A DNA stretch of 61,008 bases from Nemertoderma westbladi (lineage: Eukaryota; Animalia; Xenacoelomorpha): contig JAUCBJ010000465.1 of the NCBI GenBank assembly GCA_032718475.1, positions 1 to 61,008 of the forward strand. The letters run 5' to 3'. This document shows, one piece after another, positions 23,129-34,600 of the stretch. The notes below the pieces were generated by a model that was not told the DNA's origin, made no database searches, and saw only the letters and a list, made by a program, of their open reading frames with translations. A program made the translations under genes and the position numbers. The stretch's first letter is position 1. Every line of letters begins with the position of its first letter.

Positions 23129-25424
23129 GTATACCGATTTGGTATACCAATATATTGTGCTACGACGTCCTGACGTAGCGGTTCTACGACGCAGCAGTGC
23201 TACGTGGAAATCATATAATGGGTTGTCTAAAGGTCTTGGGACCATATATCCCATTTTGGCACTTCTAGAGGGAAAATTGAAGAGTTATCAAAAAAGAAAG
23301 ACAAGCAAACGGTTGTTATTTGTTATTGTTATTGACTTAGACGTCAGTCTGTCAGTATACAATGATTCGAATACTGTACATTTGTGTCTGCTGTTGATAA
23401 CAATAATTTGTTCCTGTTTGACTACTGTACATGCAATTCATTATCTGCCATTTGTTGCTTTTTCTATCTTGTAATGTAATGTGTTTAAATTGTAGCTGGG
23501 ACCTGCCGGGGTCAAGGGTCATACATTATCGCATCATTGCGAAATTTTATTGTGTTAGTATTGTGTTAGTGTCAATAACATACTGTACAACATACTAAAA
23601 AATAATCCTACACCTATTTCATAGTTATAATTTATATTTTTAGTAGTAGAGGTCTATTACTTAACCATATGGTTGTATCTCTCTTGCTGGTTTTGTAAAT
23701 TATCTACTGTCATACTAAATATCTCGAAAACTAACTGCTCTACTCTTTTTTTGGAGGTTTCTACCCCAACTAAATCGATGATTGCGATTCGAATGGTGCT
23801 ATGTTTGAGTCTGTGGGATCAATAGAACCAATATTTTCGGCGAAATTTAAAATTATTCTGTTTGCGGCTACATATATTTCAATATGATCCATTTAATTAT
23901 TGTGTATTAAAGGCCAATAGCCCGATGAAAATTGTTAATTCAAGCTAAATTTACGTGTGGCTAAGTCAACACGAATAGTTCCCAAAAGGCACTTTGGCAT
24001 TTAATTGTAAATCATTATTAGTGATGATATTAACTGTACTACATTATACAGTACGCCTAAGTGTCTGAGTGTACATAGCATAGTAAGCATAGTTTAGTTC
24101 CCCATCTCGGCCTTAAATTAAATTAAAGCATACTACCTATAGCATTAGCTTGATTGAACATGCTTAAATATGAAATGAATTACACCGCGCAATTATTGTA
24201 GGTCATACTGTCGAGGCATTTAAGACAAGATTAATTTTACAGTTCTCAATGGTAATATAAAGTTCGATCGCGTAACCCAATTTCGAAGTTCAAACACCCC
24301 ACTAGACCTAGTCAGTCGTAAAGTACTAATTGCCTCGGTGTACCCACGAATCCGTGGGAGCACTTATACAACGGATCGTTACTTTGATACAATAGGTGGG
24401 ACGTAAAGTACAGTAGATATTGATGGCTGTAAACTGAAATTAGGGGGGGGGGGGGTATGTTGTAATATACGTGTAGACAGTTCCGTTTCACTACGTTGTA
24501 TGCAAGTATTCGTAATTATGACTTATTATGAATTAATAATGAAACATTTGTGAAAGGTCTAGGTATAGGGTAAGTATACTTATTACTCGTACTATTGAAT
24601 CGATATTGCTATACATTGATCTTAAATATATTTGTTATGAATGCTTGTGTTCGTGTTGGTAAATAATATTACAGTGTTGGATGTCATACACACTCAATAC
24701 GTTTGAACCGTTGTCGCCTGTAGGGCAATACTCGAAGTTAGCAACTCACCTATTATGGTGGTAAATAAAACGAGATGTTTCCTTTAAACAATGTTAATAC
24801 ATAATGAGCAACAACGATAATAACAGCAATAATAACAATAAATCAATGTTAACTATGTAAGTATGTAAGATAAGCATGTAAAAGGGTAAGTAAGTGAAAG
24901 TAAGGTAATAGTCTAGACCTCTTAAATCTTATGAGGTCTATTTACGGGGTTTGAGGGTAATAATATGAAGGTTACGCCTACAAAATGAACTAAATCTAAA
25001 CTATAAATACAATTGTCACAGAAGGACGGTCACTGGTAGTAGTAGCCAATGAGGACCCACAAACACGAAAGCAACACTACTCGCTATCTGTAAGCTGAGT
25101 GCAGACTTTCTGAGCCGACCAATAGGAGAAATAGGCAGACTAAATACAAATGTCAGATTTACCAGCACGAATAAGTAGTGGGGCTAGCCGTGTATCTGAA
25201 TAGCTATATTGCTGTACACAACACATATTATACAGTAACACTAGCGTTACATAGATTTTGGGGCTTGTGGAGCTGCATCAAAACATACCTACTGTATTTA
25301 ATGTAAATCTTTTATAAAAAAGTTTTTATAAAAAATTCCAGATTATAGTATGAAACTGTCAATACGGTAGGCCTATTACATTTGTATTATATACAATAAT
25401 AATGTCGCTCCATTCATTTAAATT

Positions 25425-27279
25425 TTTTTTTTATATAGGGGTGAATAATTAAATTCTAGAATATTAATTTTATAAATATATATCATTATAATTTAATTTA
25501 TATAGTAAATAACGAATGACTCATTGATAACATCACATAAATACAAACTCAGTTAGGTACAGTTCGTAGGTAATCGAATCCATTGATAAATCAATAGTTG
25601 GTAAGTTGGGGACTAAATTGGATATAGTGGAAGGCTGAGCTGGGGTCGGATGTAGTTGGCTCTAGAGGAGTAGGATCTCGTTGAGGTCTGCCTTGGCTGG
25701 TAGGGTACCAAGCACAGCGGTGGCGTTTCCCCGGACAATGGCCATCGACAACCTCTGGAAGAGAAATGTGGTCGCCCTTGGTTCGGCGGATTTTAGCGAG
25801 ATGCGGCGGCCGATCTCTCGAAGGATTTGTGTTCCTTCACTACCGATATCACCTAGGGTCTCGACAGCAATGGTGGTGAAGTGGTAGTTGTGCTGGAGCT
25901 CGGTATATTTTCTTAATTTTGCAGATTCGGCAGATGCGGCAGCGGCACCTGCTGTAGAGGAAGTGCCTGGAAGGTGGGACGCGGCCAGGGTGTCCCTGCA
26001 TGTGAAGTCCCACACGAGAGGTTTTCCTGTAGCCCATGGTGCAAGAGTCATTCCGTCCGGCACCTTACCATCGTGGGACAGACCTCGCGGCTCGAGGGTA
26101 GAAACAACTCCTGCAGAGGTTAGGGCACGATGGATTATATCATTGGCCTCTGCGTGGCGGGTGAATTTACCATAATTGTGGATACACAAGAGGCCATGGG
26201 TGGCCCATCTGTCTACTAGACCGCCACAACCACGGCAGTTATGCTCGACGCTGATAGGGGCTCCGAGACGCAGCGCTACACCTACTCGGAGCTGGTCGTC
26301 CTCGAGACGGAGACCAAGAGATGAGATAGGCATGGCATGGAGCCAGTCGCCTGCATGGTCTGCCACTGAAGCTAGAAGGCGTGCCTTGTGTGATGGGGAC
26401 TTCGCTCCATCAAGGATTTTCTTTGAGGCAGTAACATCCAATGGATTGCTCCAGGCTTTCTGGAATATGGGGTTGATAGGTACTTCGTAGTCTGTTGGAA
26501 GGGCTCTCAGGCCTTGGTCGAACCAGTGGTTGGGTGCTTCGATGATCGGTGGTGGAAGAAGGGATTGTAGTAGGGGACCGCATCCTGAGAACGAAGCCAA
26601 AAAGGCCGGTATTGAGATGTCCCTCGTACTGCTTACCCCAAGGCCACCAAGAGCGATGGGTAGAGAGGCTTGACGCCAAGTGATGTCATCCAGCTGGATA
26701 TTGAGTGCGATTTCCAGAGCTTTTTTGATGGTCTCATCGAAGATGTCAAGCTGTGGTGATGTGAAGCATGGAGCACATCTAAGTGTGTACATTAGCTTCG
26801 GGATTGCAAAACAGTGTCTCAGAAGGTAAAGGGCATCATGTGCAGAAAGTAGATGAAGACGGCTAGCGAAGGTAGATAGTTCAAGGTGTTTCTGCACCAA
26901 GACTGTTTCCAAGGCCTTATCACCAAGTGGTGCACCTAGAAGGATGGATTCTTCGAAATCAAATGGTTTAATGTCTGGGGTGATGGATTGAAATGTGGCG
27001 AGGGTGGATTCCTTCAAACTCTTAGGAAAGTCCTTGTGGAAGATGAGTTCGCATTTAGAGGGTTTGATCGATAGACCCAACTTAGCTGCTTCACTGATGA
27101 TGGTCTTCAAATTTTCAGCAACTGAAAGGGCGGACCCACCTAGGGAGCCATCGTCAAGAAACCAAACATTGAAGATACAGTTTAAAGAGTCCACAAACCC
27201 GTGGATGTCGGAGCTGAAGAAGAGGGAAGCCAAAGGATCACCCTGCTGGCTGCCATTGTCGGAGTTAATAATCTCCTTG
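25425..27279 (-). mobile_element. 5'-truncated CRE-clade (RLE-type) non-LTR retrotransposon
   Basis: RT motifs QQGDPL and WFLDDG, CCHC knuckle (CRGCG...HGL.C), RH, PDG, D-T--D and AE--K--KY restriction-like endonuclease motifs; 3' UTR and poly(A); TSD CCATTCATTTAAATT at 25410-25424 and 27280-27294. Confidence 0.9.
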
Positions 27280-27287
27280 CCATTCAT
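25662..27287 (-). CDS. Uninterrupted 541-aa partial RT + RLE endonuclease ORF of the CRE-like element (copy 1)
   Basis: ORF track; lacks the N-terminal RT motifs; ATG lies within the TSD. Confidence 0.7.
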   Translation of the reverse strand: MNGKEIINSDNGSQQGDPLASLFFSSDIHGFVDSLNCIFNVWFLDDGSLGGSALSVAENLKTIISEAAKLGLSIKPSKCELIFHKDFPKSLKESTLATFQSITPDIKPFDFEESILLGAPLGDKALETVLVQKHLELSTFASRLHLLSAHDALYLLRHCFAIPKLMYTLRCAPCFTSPQLDIFDETIKKALEIALNIQLDDITWRQASLPIALGGLGVSSTRDISIPAFLASFSGCGPLLQSLLPPPIIEAPNHWFDQGLRALPTDYEVPINPIFQKAWSNPLDVTASKKILDGAKSPSHKARLLASVADHAGDWLHAMPISSLGLRLEDDQLRVGVALRLGAPISVEHNCRGCGGLVDRWATHGLLCIHNYGKFTRHAEANDIIHRALTSAGVVSTLEPRGLSHDGKVPDGMTLAPWATGKPLVWDFTCRDTLAASHLPGTSSTAGAAAASAESAKLRKYTELQHNYHFTTIAVETLGDIGSEGTQILREIGRRISLKSAEPRATTFLFQRLSMAIVRGNATAVLGTLPAKADLNEILLL

Positions 27288-27574
27288 TTAAATTATGTTT
27301 ATTCCTTTATTATTACGTCACGTGAACGTGAAGTAAACAAAATTGCACCCTAACACCACGTATGAGTAATTTCAATGAAATGAAATGTAATATAAGTAGA
27401 TTTGAGAGTCAGGATCAGGGAAGGGGAACGGAAAGACAGGCTAGCTAATTAGCAGGGCTGGTAGACGCTAGTGCTATCCACCGTATTCCGCATGATGTGG
27501 GGGGCACTAATCAGACACAGACTCAGTCAATGAGACAGGGGGGGGGGGGGGGGGGACTGAACGCAAATCCCATC

Positions 27575-27742
27575 TTGGCGAATTAATATCCCGCCTCAAT
27601 GTTAAATTCTCAATTCATAGGGAAAGGAGCAGGAGCAGGAGCAGGTTACAGTGGCTCGTTATTTTAACCAAAACAATAAACTAAACACAATAGAACAGGT
27701 TACAGTTTTATTTTTGAGAATTATCAGCTGTTATTTGCGTCG
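27575..27742 (+). repeat. Dispersed non-coding repeat family (core CAGGTTACAGTGG...TAACCAAAACAATAAAC)
   Basis: Related copies at ~33705, ~41047, ~49097-49252 (inverted), ~54152, ~56628 and ~57841. Confidence 0.7.
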
Positions 27743-28859
27743 AATTTCCCCTGGAGAGGGATTAATTATTGCGTCGAAAGTCCCCCCTATCTGCAGTCAA
27801 TACGGCGAATGAATATTAATACTATGTTGAACTACTGTACAATAACTACAGTAAGTAATACAGTACTTTATCAATTAGCACTTATACAGTAAAGTGTTCT
27901 TAAATAAGGATAAAGTTCTTTAGGCCTACCCGGTGCCCGGATCTCAGCGAATAAAGAATTTCAACTAAATTCCAGAATGCCAAAGTGCCTTTGGGGAACT
28001 GTTAGAATCATTCTACAGTTCCCCAAAAGCACTCTGGCATTTACGCTGGTGGCTGTTTGCAATTATTTAGGTACCTGGAAAATGCCAAAATGCCAAAGTG
28101 CCTTTTGGGAACTAACTATTCCTGTGACTTAGCCACACGTCTAAATTTAAACTAAAACATCATGCAGACTGCAAATAATCGAAATTTTAAATGGGTAATT
28201 TTTTTTAAAGTTTTATAATATTATTAATATAATTATAATAATTTAATAATTTATAATTGTTAATTAAAAGACAATAGCTCATTCAAATATTAAAAAAAAA
28301 TTTTCTGAAATTACTATTGCGTGGTGTTCTGAAAAAAAAATTTGAGGTAGGTATTTTTTTTTTACTAAAAGTCGATTTAAACGCACTGTGATTTACATAC
28401 GATAACTATTTCATATGAGCACTTTATATTGCAGTAGGCTATTATTGTAGAATTTCAAGCTGGTTCCATGTTCTAGTGATAGGCATACTACTACAGTTGT
28501 ACAGTTGTAGGCCTACTAACTGAACTAATATTACTGTATTAACACAGTAACATGCCCAGCTGCCCAGATTTTAATCAGAATCAGAATCCCATTTCAATTT
28601 CAATGTCAATATTCCGACAGTCTGACAATCCTGCAGTCCGACTGTCCGACATCCGATGATGGATGACTGACAGACTGAATGATAAGCAACGTTAGTACGT
28701 CAGTACGTGGATTTCTACAGCTAAAAACGACAGAATCCAGCCAGCATCTGGCATACCGGTACCTTCTCAAAAAGACATAATCTGTAAACAGGCTTCGACT
28801 TTTACTATTACTGCCTATTGAATATTGACAAAAAGCGCGCCACACGGGCCCTGCAGCGG

Positions 28860-28950
28860 GTCACTACTCAGTCTCTAGACGACTTCAACTTAAACCTTCC
28901 CAACACCTACAACCTCCTGTTGGCCCCCAAATCGACAGTTTCCAGTATCG
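28860..28950 (+). other. Candidate 5' non-coding exon of zinc-finger gene copy 1 (copy 2 ends at 42422)
   Basis: CpG-richer segment ending TCG|GTGAGT at 28950; start position is approximate. Confidence 0.4.
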
Positions 28951-29559
28951 GTGAGTTACTATTATTTGTATTGTAAACATCGTTTTAGTCCGTATTGCCC
29001 CCAAACTGGTCAGAGTAATTGTTTATTTATAGTGACAGTTATGATGGTTCTGAGTTTAGTTTTTGTTTTTTAGGGTTTTTATCTGATTTAATTAAATTCA
29101 ATCTAGCCTGAAGCCTTTCTCACCAAATAACAAATATAATATACGAAGCCTATTTCCCAAACTCACCGAATTGCAAACAAAACTCCAGAATAGAAACATC
29201 CCATTTTTAGCTTTGTCAGAGAAATGGCTGGACTCTATTATCCAGAGGAAGAAATACAAATACAAGGGAATTCATTCTGCGTCGCACAAGTTATTGTGAT
29301 TACTCTGGATTCCCGAATAGACGGGGCGACACGGATATTATTTTTTTTAAAAAAATCCACCCACAATTCTCTTATTCCAGACACCCCGACTATTAAGTTT
29401 TTCTAAAAAATTTAGTACATTTTTTATTATGAGTAAATAAACGTTTATTCTCATAGATAAGGTAACCAGATAAGGTAACACATGGAACAAAATAGCAATA
29501 TTACATATTAATAATTACCTACTTAAAAAGAGAGACGGAAATTCGAATTCTGGATGGAC

Positions 29560-30300
29560 TATTTCCACGATTATTCACTTAATAATATTCATTTATTGAA
29601 TATTTCTTGTACCTCACAACAGAATGCACATAATTTAGGTAACTCCGGTAAATTACAATGAAACAGGTTATTTATGGATGTATAATTACTGAAACCAAAT
29701 TTACAGCGCAGGTCTTTAGTGTAATCACAGTGTAATAGCACGTGTTCTTCTTCCTGTACTACACCCAGCTCACATGAACATATGCGGTCGCTTGGCGTAC
29801 GTGACCACCTTCCTTTTTGCGCTACGTAGGTTGTGTGAGAATGTACGAAATCTCGTAAAAGCTATCCTCTGGTAATCGGATATGCACAAAGTGCTATTTG
29901 AGTAGATTTCGTTCGAGCATAATTGAAGGTTTATATTTTCACGGTACAATCTAAACTTTGTAGCCGTTGTCGAATTATTAACTACTTTCCACCTTAGTGC
30001 CTTTAACGAGTAGGCCTCCACATCTATATCGCAGGCAGTACTAAGTAACTGGAACATTTTTATGTTAGAATCCGATGTTAATTTAAATATTTGCTTGATG
30101 GGTAACGATTCATCTAATATTCTTGAATATGGTAACCCGCTTTCTAACAGGCATATATCATTCGGGGTAGTTATTCGTACACCTAATAGAGATTTTATTG
30201 CTTTCATATACAAAGTGTCTATAATCTTAAACTTCATATCGATAGTACATAAATCTATATATATCTATATTACATATCGGAATCGCTGTCTTATAAATAG
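29560..30300 (-). mobile_element. Degraded LINE 3' fragment (RTE-X-like C-terminus) in the zinc-finger intron
   Basis: KSLLGVRITTPNDICLLESG, TRFRTFSHNL, then frameshifted ICSC...QEEEHVLLHC zinc-binding motif. Confidence 0.7.
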
Positions 30301-30657
30301 GTCCTACCTATTGCGTCTATCACTTTAAAATATTCCGTTTTTCGAGACACTCCATAATCACATTAATCAGTGCTGCAATATTTTCTAAGACCCCTTTACA
30401 GGTTATAATATTTCAGTCAGTATCAGTAATTAATGGTGCTTATTTTATATTTTATGTTTTTTTAGTAATTTAAGTATCAAACCTCACACGTATTAATTTA
30501 CAATATCGAATCGAAAATCTTATTTATTTACATATATGAATTTAAAACTACAGTAATTAGCAAGTTCTATTGACTAATTATTGCATTAATTACTTCAATT
30601 ATTCTCGTTTCCAATATTCTCCATTATTAATCCACTCCACTCCATTATTTTCTCTAG

Positions 30658-31235
30658 GCGACCAATCTCAACCATTTCCTGATGATTCAGACATGCTCGC
30701 TTCAGACGATGACGTAACACCCGGAAGTATGAATAATCCCTTCGACCAACCTGGTCCCTCTGGGATTCAACCCCAGGACATTATAAAAGGAAGCCGCAGC
30801 AAAAAGAAACCCTTCGGTTGTGATACTTGTGATAAAGCGTTCGCATGGAACAGCAACCTAATTCAACACCAACGGGTCCACACTGGCGAGCGTCCTTACC
30901 AATGCGGCATCTGCTACGAACGTTTCTCTCGTCTAAGCCACCTAACCGTGCACAAGCGGAGCCACAGTGGGGAGAGACCGTATAACTGCAATGAGTGCCA
31001 GAAACGTTTCTCTCACCTAGGCAACCTAACCGTGCACAAGCGGAGCCACAGTGGGGAGAGACCGTATAACTGCAATGAGTGCCAGAAACGTTTCGCTCAA
31101 CTAAGCAACCTAACCAGGCACAAGAGGACGCATTCCGGAGAACGTCCGTCCGTACGTATAATTTTATATGGGCATACTACAGAAAACGCTTCAATATTTT
31201 TGAATGTAACGGGCAAATACCTCTCGAACTTTTGA
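30658..31235 (+). CDS. C2H2 zinc-finger exon, copy 1: four fingers, truncated at the duplication breakpoint
   Basis: TTTCTCTAG| acceptor at 30657, in-frame ATG at 30693, four CxxC...HxxxH fingers with TGERP/SGERP linkers; homology to copy 2 ends at ~31157. Either reads through to a stop at 31235 or splices at 31151. Confidence 0.85.
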
Positions 31236-31619
31236 CTCCAGATCAAATAATTTTTTTGCTAATGTTAGCATGCTCCGCGCCGCCCGACGAACGTGTTACT
31301 TATTTTATTTTGTTATTTATGTAAATGTTTTAAGCCGGTAGGCACCTAGTTATATTGTATCTTGTTATCAGATATATAGTGGCTGAAGTTGGTCGCATGT
31401 AAAAATTGACCTCCAGCGGAAATTGGTCGCAAATAACAGCTGAATACGGGCAAAAATTCAACTGTAACCATTGCTATTCACTCTGGTTTATCGTTTTGGT
31501 TAGAATAGCCTGCTACTGTATCCAGCTCATTTCCCTAAGTTGTTAATGTCAACGTTGGCGTTGATTGTATTTATTATAATTGTGGAACTTTGAAAAAAAA
31601 TTTGTTTATTTTCATTTAG

Positions 31620-34600
31620 GACGCCGCTCGTTTAGGAAACAAAAAGAAGAAACAAATGAAATTGAATGAAGAAAAATTAAAATCGCGAAGTTTGTCAGCC
31701 GAGAAAGTGCCGAATGGTAAGTTCAGTTGAGAGAAAAATACGTGGGCGTTGCGTTGTGAGGTTCACAGTTTAATCGTAATTTATATTATTTAAATTTTTA
31801 TATTATTCTTATTTAAAGTTAATTAAAATAAGCCAGCATATGCTGTGTGCATATATCCTTTGTGGGACCTTTGTACAGGACAATCCAAACAAGCTTAGCT
31901 TACGGGTTTATGTTATTTCAACCGCTGCGCTGGCTTGTTGCCCTCCTGCGGGAAACTGGATAACTGCTGAGTCACTCAAATTATATTTCAGATTTTTGAG
32001 AAACCACTTGTGTATCAAGTTTTGTTTAATTTCATCAAAGGGTGACAGACATACGACATTAGGCCTCAGACAGAAAGACATATCGACTGGAAGATATCGG
32101 TAACTGTACCTACCAATATGCTAAGCAGTTACTTCGTCGCTCGATATACAACAATAGAGCCGCTCAACAGCGGGATACTTACTGTAAGAATATCAGGGAT
32201 ACTTTCTGTAAAAATCTCAGAATACATTACACTAACTGACATACTGAATGACATACTGACTGATAATTATCTAGGTTAAGGCACTTCCTGCCAGGCGATT
32301 TTGATGAAATTTTGCAAGTACATTGCTTTGGTGGTTCATAATCGCGTTACAAAATTTCAGATCGATTCTATGTGTGGTATTCGATATATTTAGTTTTTTG
32401 ACATTGTTTTGTCGCGAAATTAAAAGCAATGGTAAAATAACAGCTGGTGTTCATGATGAAATATGGCTTAATATGTTATACACAGTCATTGTTAGCTTAT
32501 CCAATTCCGCTAACACAAACCCATAGAGTGAGCCATAAAGCAATATTGGAAGCACGAGGTTGATTACCAATCAACCTCGTGTCATCCCAGTAAACGGGGA
32601 CAATAGGCCCCAAAGGAGACACACACAATAAGGGTCAGGGGTTACTCCCCTGACAAGAGAGAGAATAGCTGGGGTGAACGGGAAACACACCAGGGAAGGT
32701 GAAGGGGCGAGAAGTGGGATATTAGCCAATGGGGGGACAGCATCGACTAGGTACACTAATGTGGCCAACCGTGCAGTATATTACCTGTTGGTGCTCCCCT
32801 ATTCAGTCAGTTATCTCAGTCGGTCAGTACAGTCAGGTAGTACGGTGACAGTTAGGACCGTCACCGCCGTCATCACATTACCGGTACCAGTGCAGCAGTA
32901 TTCAGTGCTATCTGCTATTGTACCTATACACTATATGTTATCTCAATTTATATCCTTAACAACAACGTCAGAACAACAACTCTTTTCATCCACACGGCGG
33001 GGACGCGTACGTAACCAACACCGGATAAACCGGGATCCTCTCGGATCCCGTCACAGTCATAGAAAAACGTGTTGGTTGCCAAGTTTTACTAGTAGGCTAT
33101 AAGGAAAGGCAATGTTTACTCACACATAAGCTGTGGGTTTCTAATGTATTACCCCATAAGATGATTGCTCTCCCAGTGCTTTGTAAGGGTATATCTACAA
33201 TAAGGAAACTAAATTGATTATTTGGCTCTATTCGTTGTTATTTAGTTGTTGTTTTATTTTTAATTTAGTTAATTTAGTTTTAAAATTGTTGATTTAGTTG
33301 TAGAAGAAATAGTAGAGGAAATGGAGGCTTCTTCTAAGGAAGCGGAGAGTGAGGCGGAAATGGAGGCTTCTTCTACGGAAGCGGAGAGTGAGGCGGAAAT
33401 GGAGGCTTCTTCTACGGAAGCGGAGAGTGAGGCGGAAATGGAGGCTTCTTCTACGGAAGCGGAGAGTGAGGCGGAAATGGAGGCTTCTTCTACGGAAGCG
33501 GAGAGTGAGGCGGAAATGGAAGGCGATATCAACCCGCTTCAAGATGTTAGTTATAGGCCTAATTCTAATAAAAATAAATAAATAATTATCTATATTAAAA
33601 TATATAACCCCCAACTCAGGCAACAACTATTACTATCTCGGCTATTGTGTTGCTGCCGTTCCCACACCGTACACCCCAATTTACGTTATTTATTTAAGGT
33701 AAGGAACAGGTTACTGTGGCACGCTATTCTAACCAAAACAATAAACTAAAGTCAATAGAACACGACCCCCTCCATAATCCATATCTGTAACAAATTATGA
33801 AGCGGTGATTGGTAACCTAATTCAATAACGATTTGTCTTTAATATTATTATCTTGATTTTTTTAATTGAATTAATTTTAATTATTGTGGGTTTTATCGGT
33901 TGTTACATCTACTACTCTACAGGAACTTATTGCGGCGGAGCGACAACGCAAAGCGGTTGAGGATGAGCGAGACGAGTTGGCGGAAGAGACGGCCGGGATA
34001 GCTAGTAACCGTGGCAACGCACTCGACGAGAAACGCCGCCGACACGAGTTTGAGAAACGCCGACTCAAGTCGAAAATACAACATTTGGAAAACGATCTGG
34101 AGGAGGAGCGATCATACGTATCGTGGCTCCAAGAAAAGTTAGAATGTTCAAATATATATTTCTATCTAATAATATTTGTCGCTATCAGTTATTGTTTAAG
34201 TTTAGGTAATCCTACATCAAACTTTGTGTTGCAGGTCGAACAAGTCGCAGCAGCAAGTAGATACGCTGACCACTGCCCTAGCAACCGAACGATCTATCAC
34301 GCAGAAGCAAGTAGATATGCTGACCACTGACCTAGCAACCGAACGATCTATCCAGCAGAAGCTTGACAACGACATACTCATGTTGGAACGACAGAATCGC
34401 GACCTCCAGCAGAAGCTGCAGAAGTCGCGAATGAGAACAACGATCCAGGGACTGGAGCAGAAGCTCAACCAGCAAGCTGATATGAACAAGGAGCAGGTAG
34501 GTGGAGGTGTACAACTCTTAAACACCTCCCAGTGGGTTGTCGATCACATAAACTGCAGCTGGTTTGGGTTATAAACACCCACAATCTCTCTGGTAGCACG

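Larger units (their letters stand above)
23955..28140. mobile_element. Putative DNA transposon bounded by ~50-bp imperfect inverted repeats and hosting nested insertions
   Basis: ACGTGTGGCTAAGTCA...AGTTCCCAAAAGGCACTTTGGCATTT (~23955-24002) is inverted relative to ~28088-28140; a related hairpin lies at ~27977-28041. TSD not established. Confidence 0.5.
24206..31157 (+). repeat. Segmental duplication, copy 1 (~6.95 kb)
   Basis: Identity with copy 2 begins at TACTGTCGAGGCATT (24206 / 37666) and ends in the zinc-finger linker; ORFs recur at offset 13472-13473. Confidence 0.95.

Noticed and set aside
22932-23474. 180-aa pentapeptide-repeat-like ORF (QDLMR/QDLTL)
   Set aside because: Product of a 15-bp minisatellite followed by non-coding-looking sequence.
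29224-29406. MAGLYYPEEEIQIQG as first coding exon of the zinc-finger gene
   Set aside because: No GT donor in the phase needed to join the finger exon.
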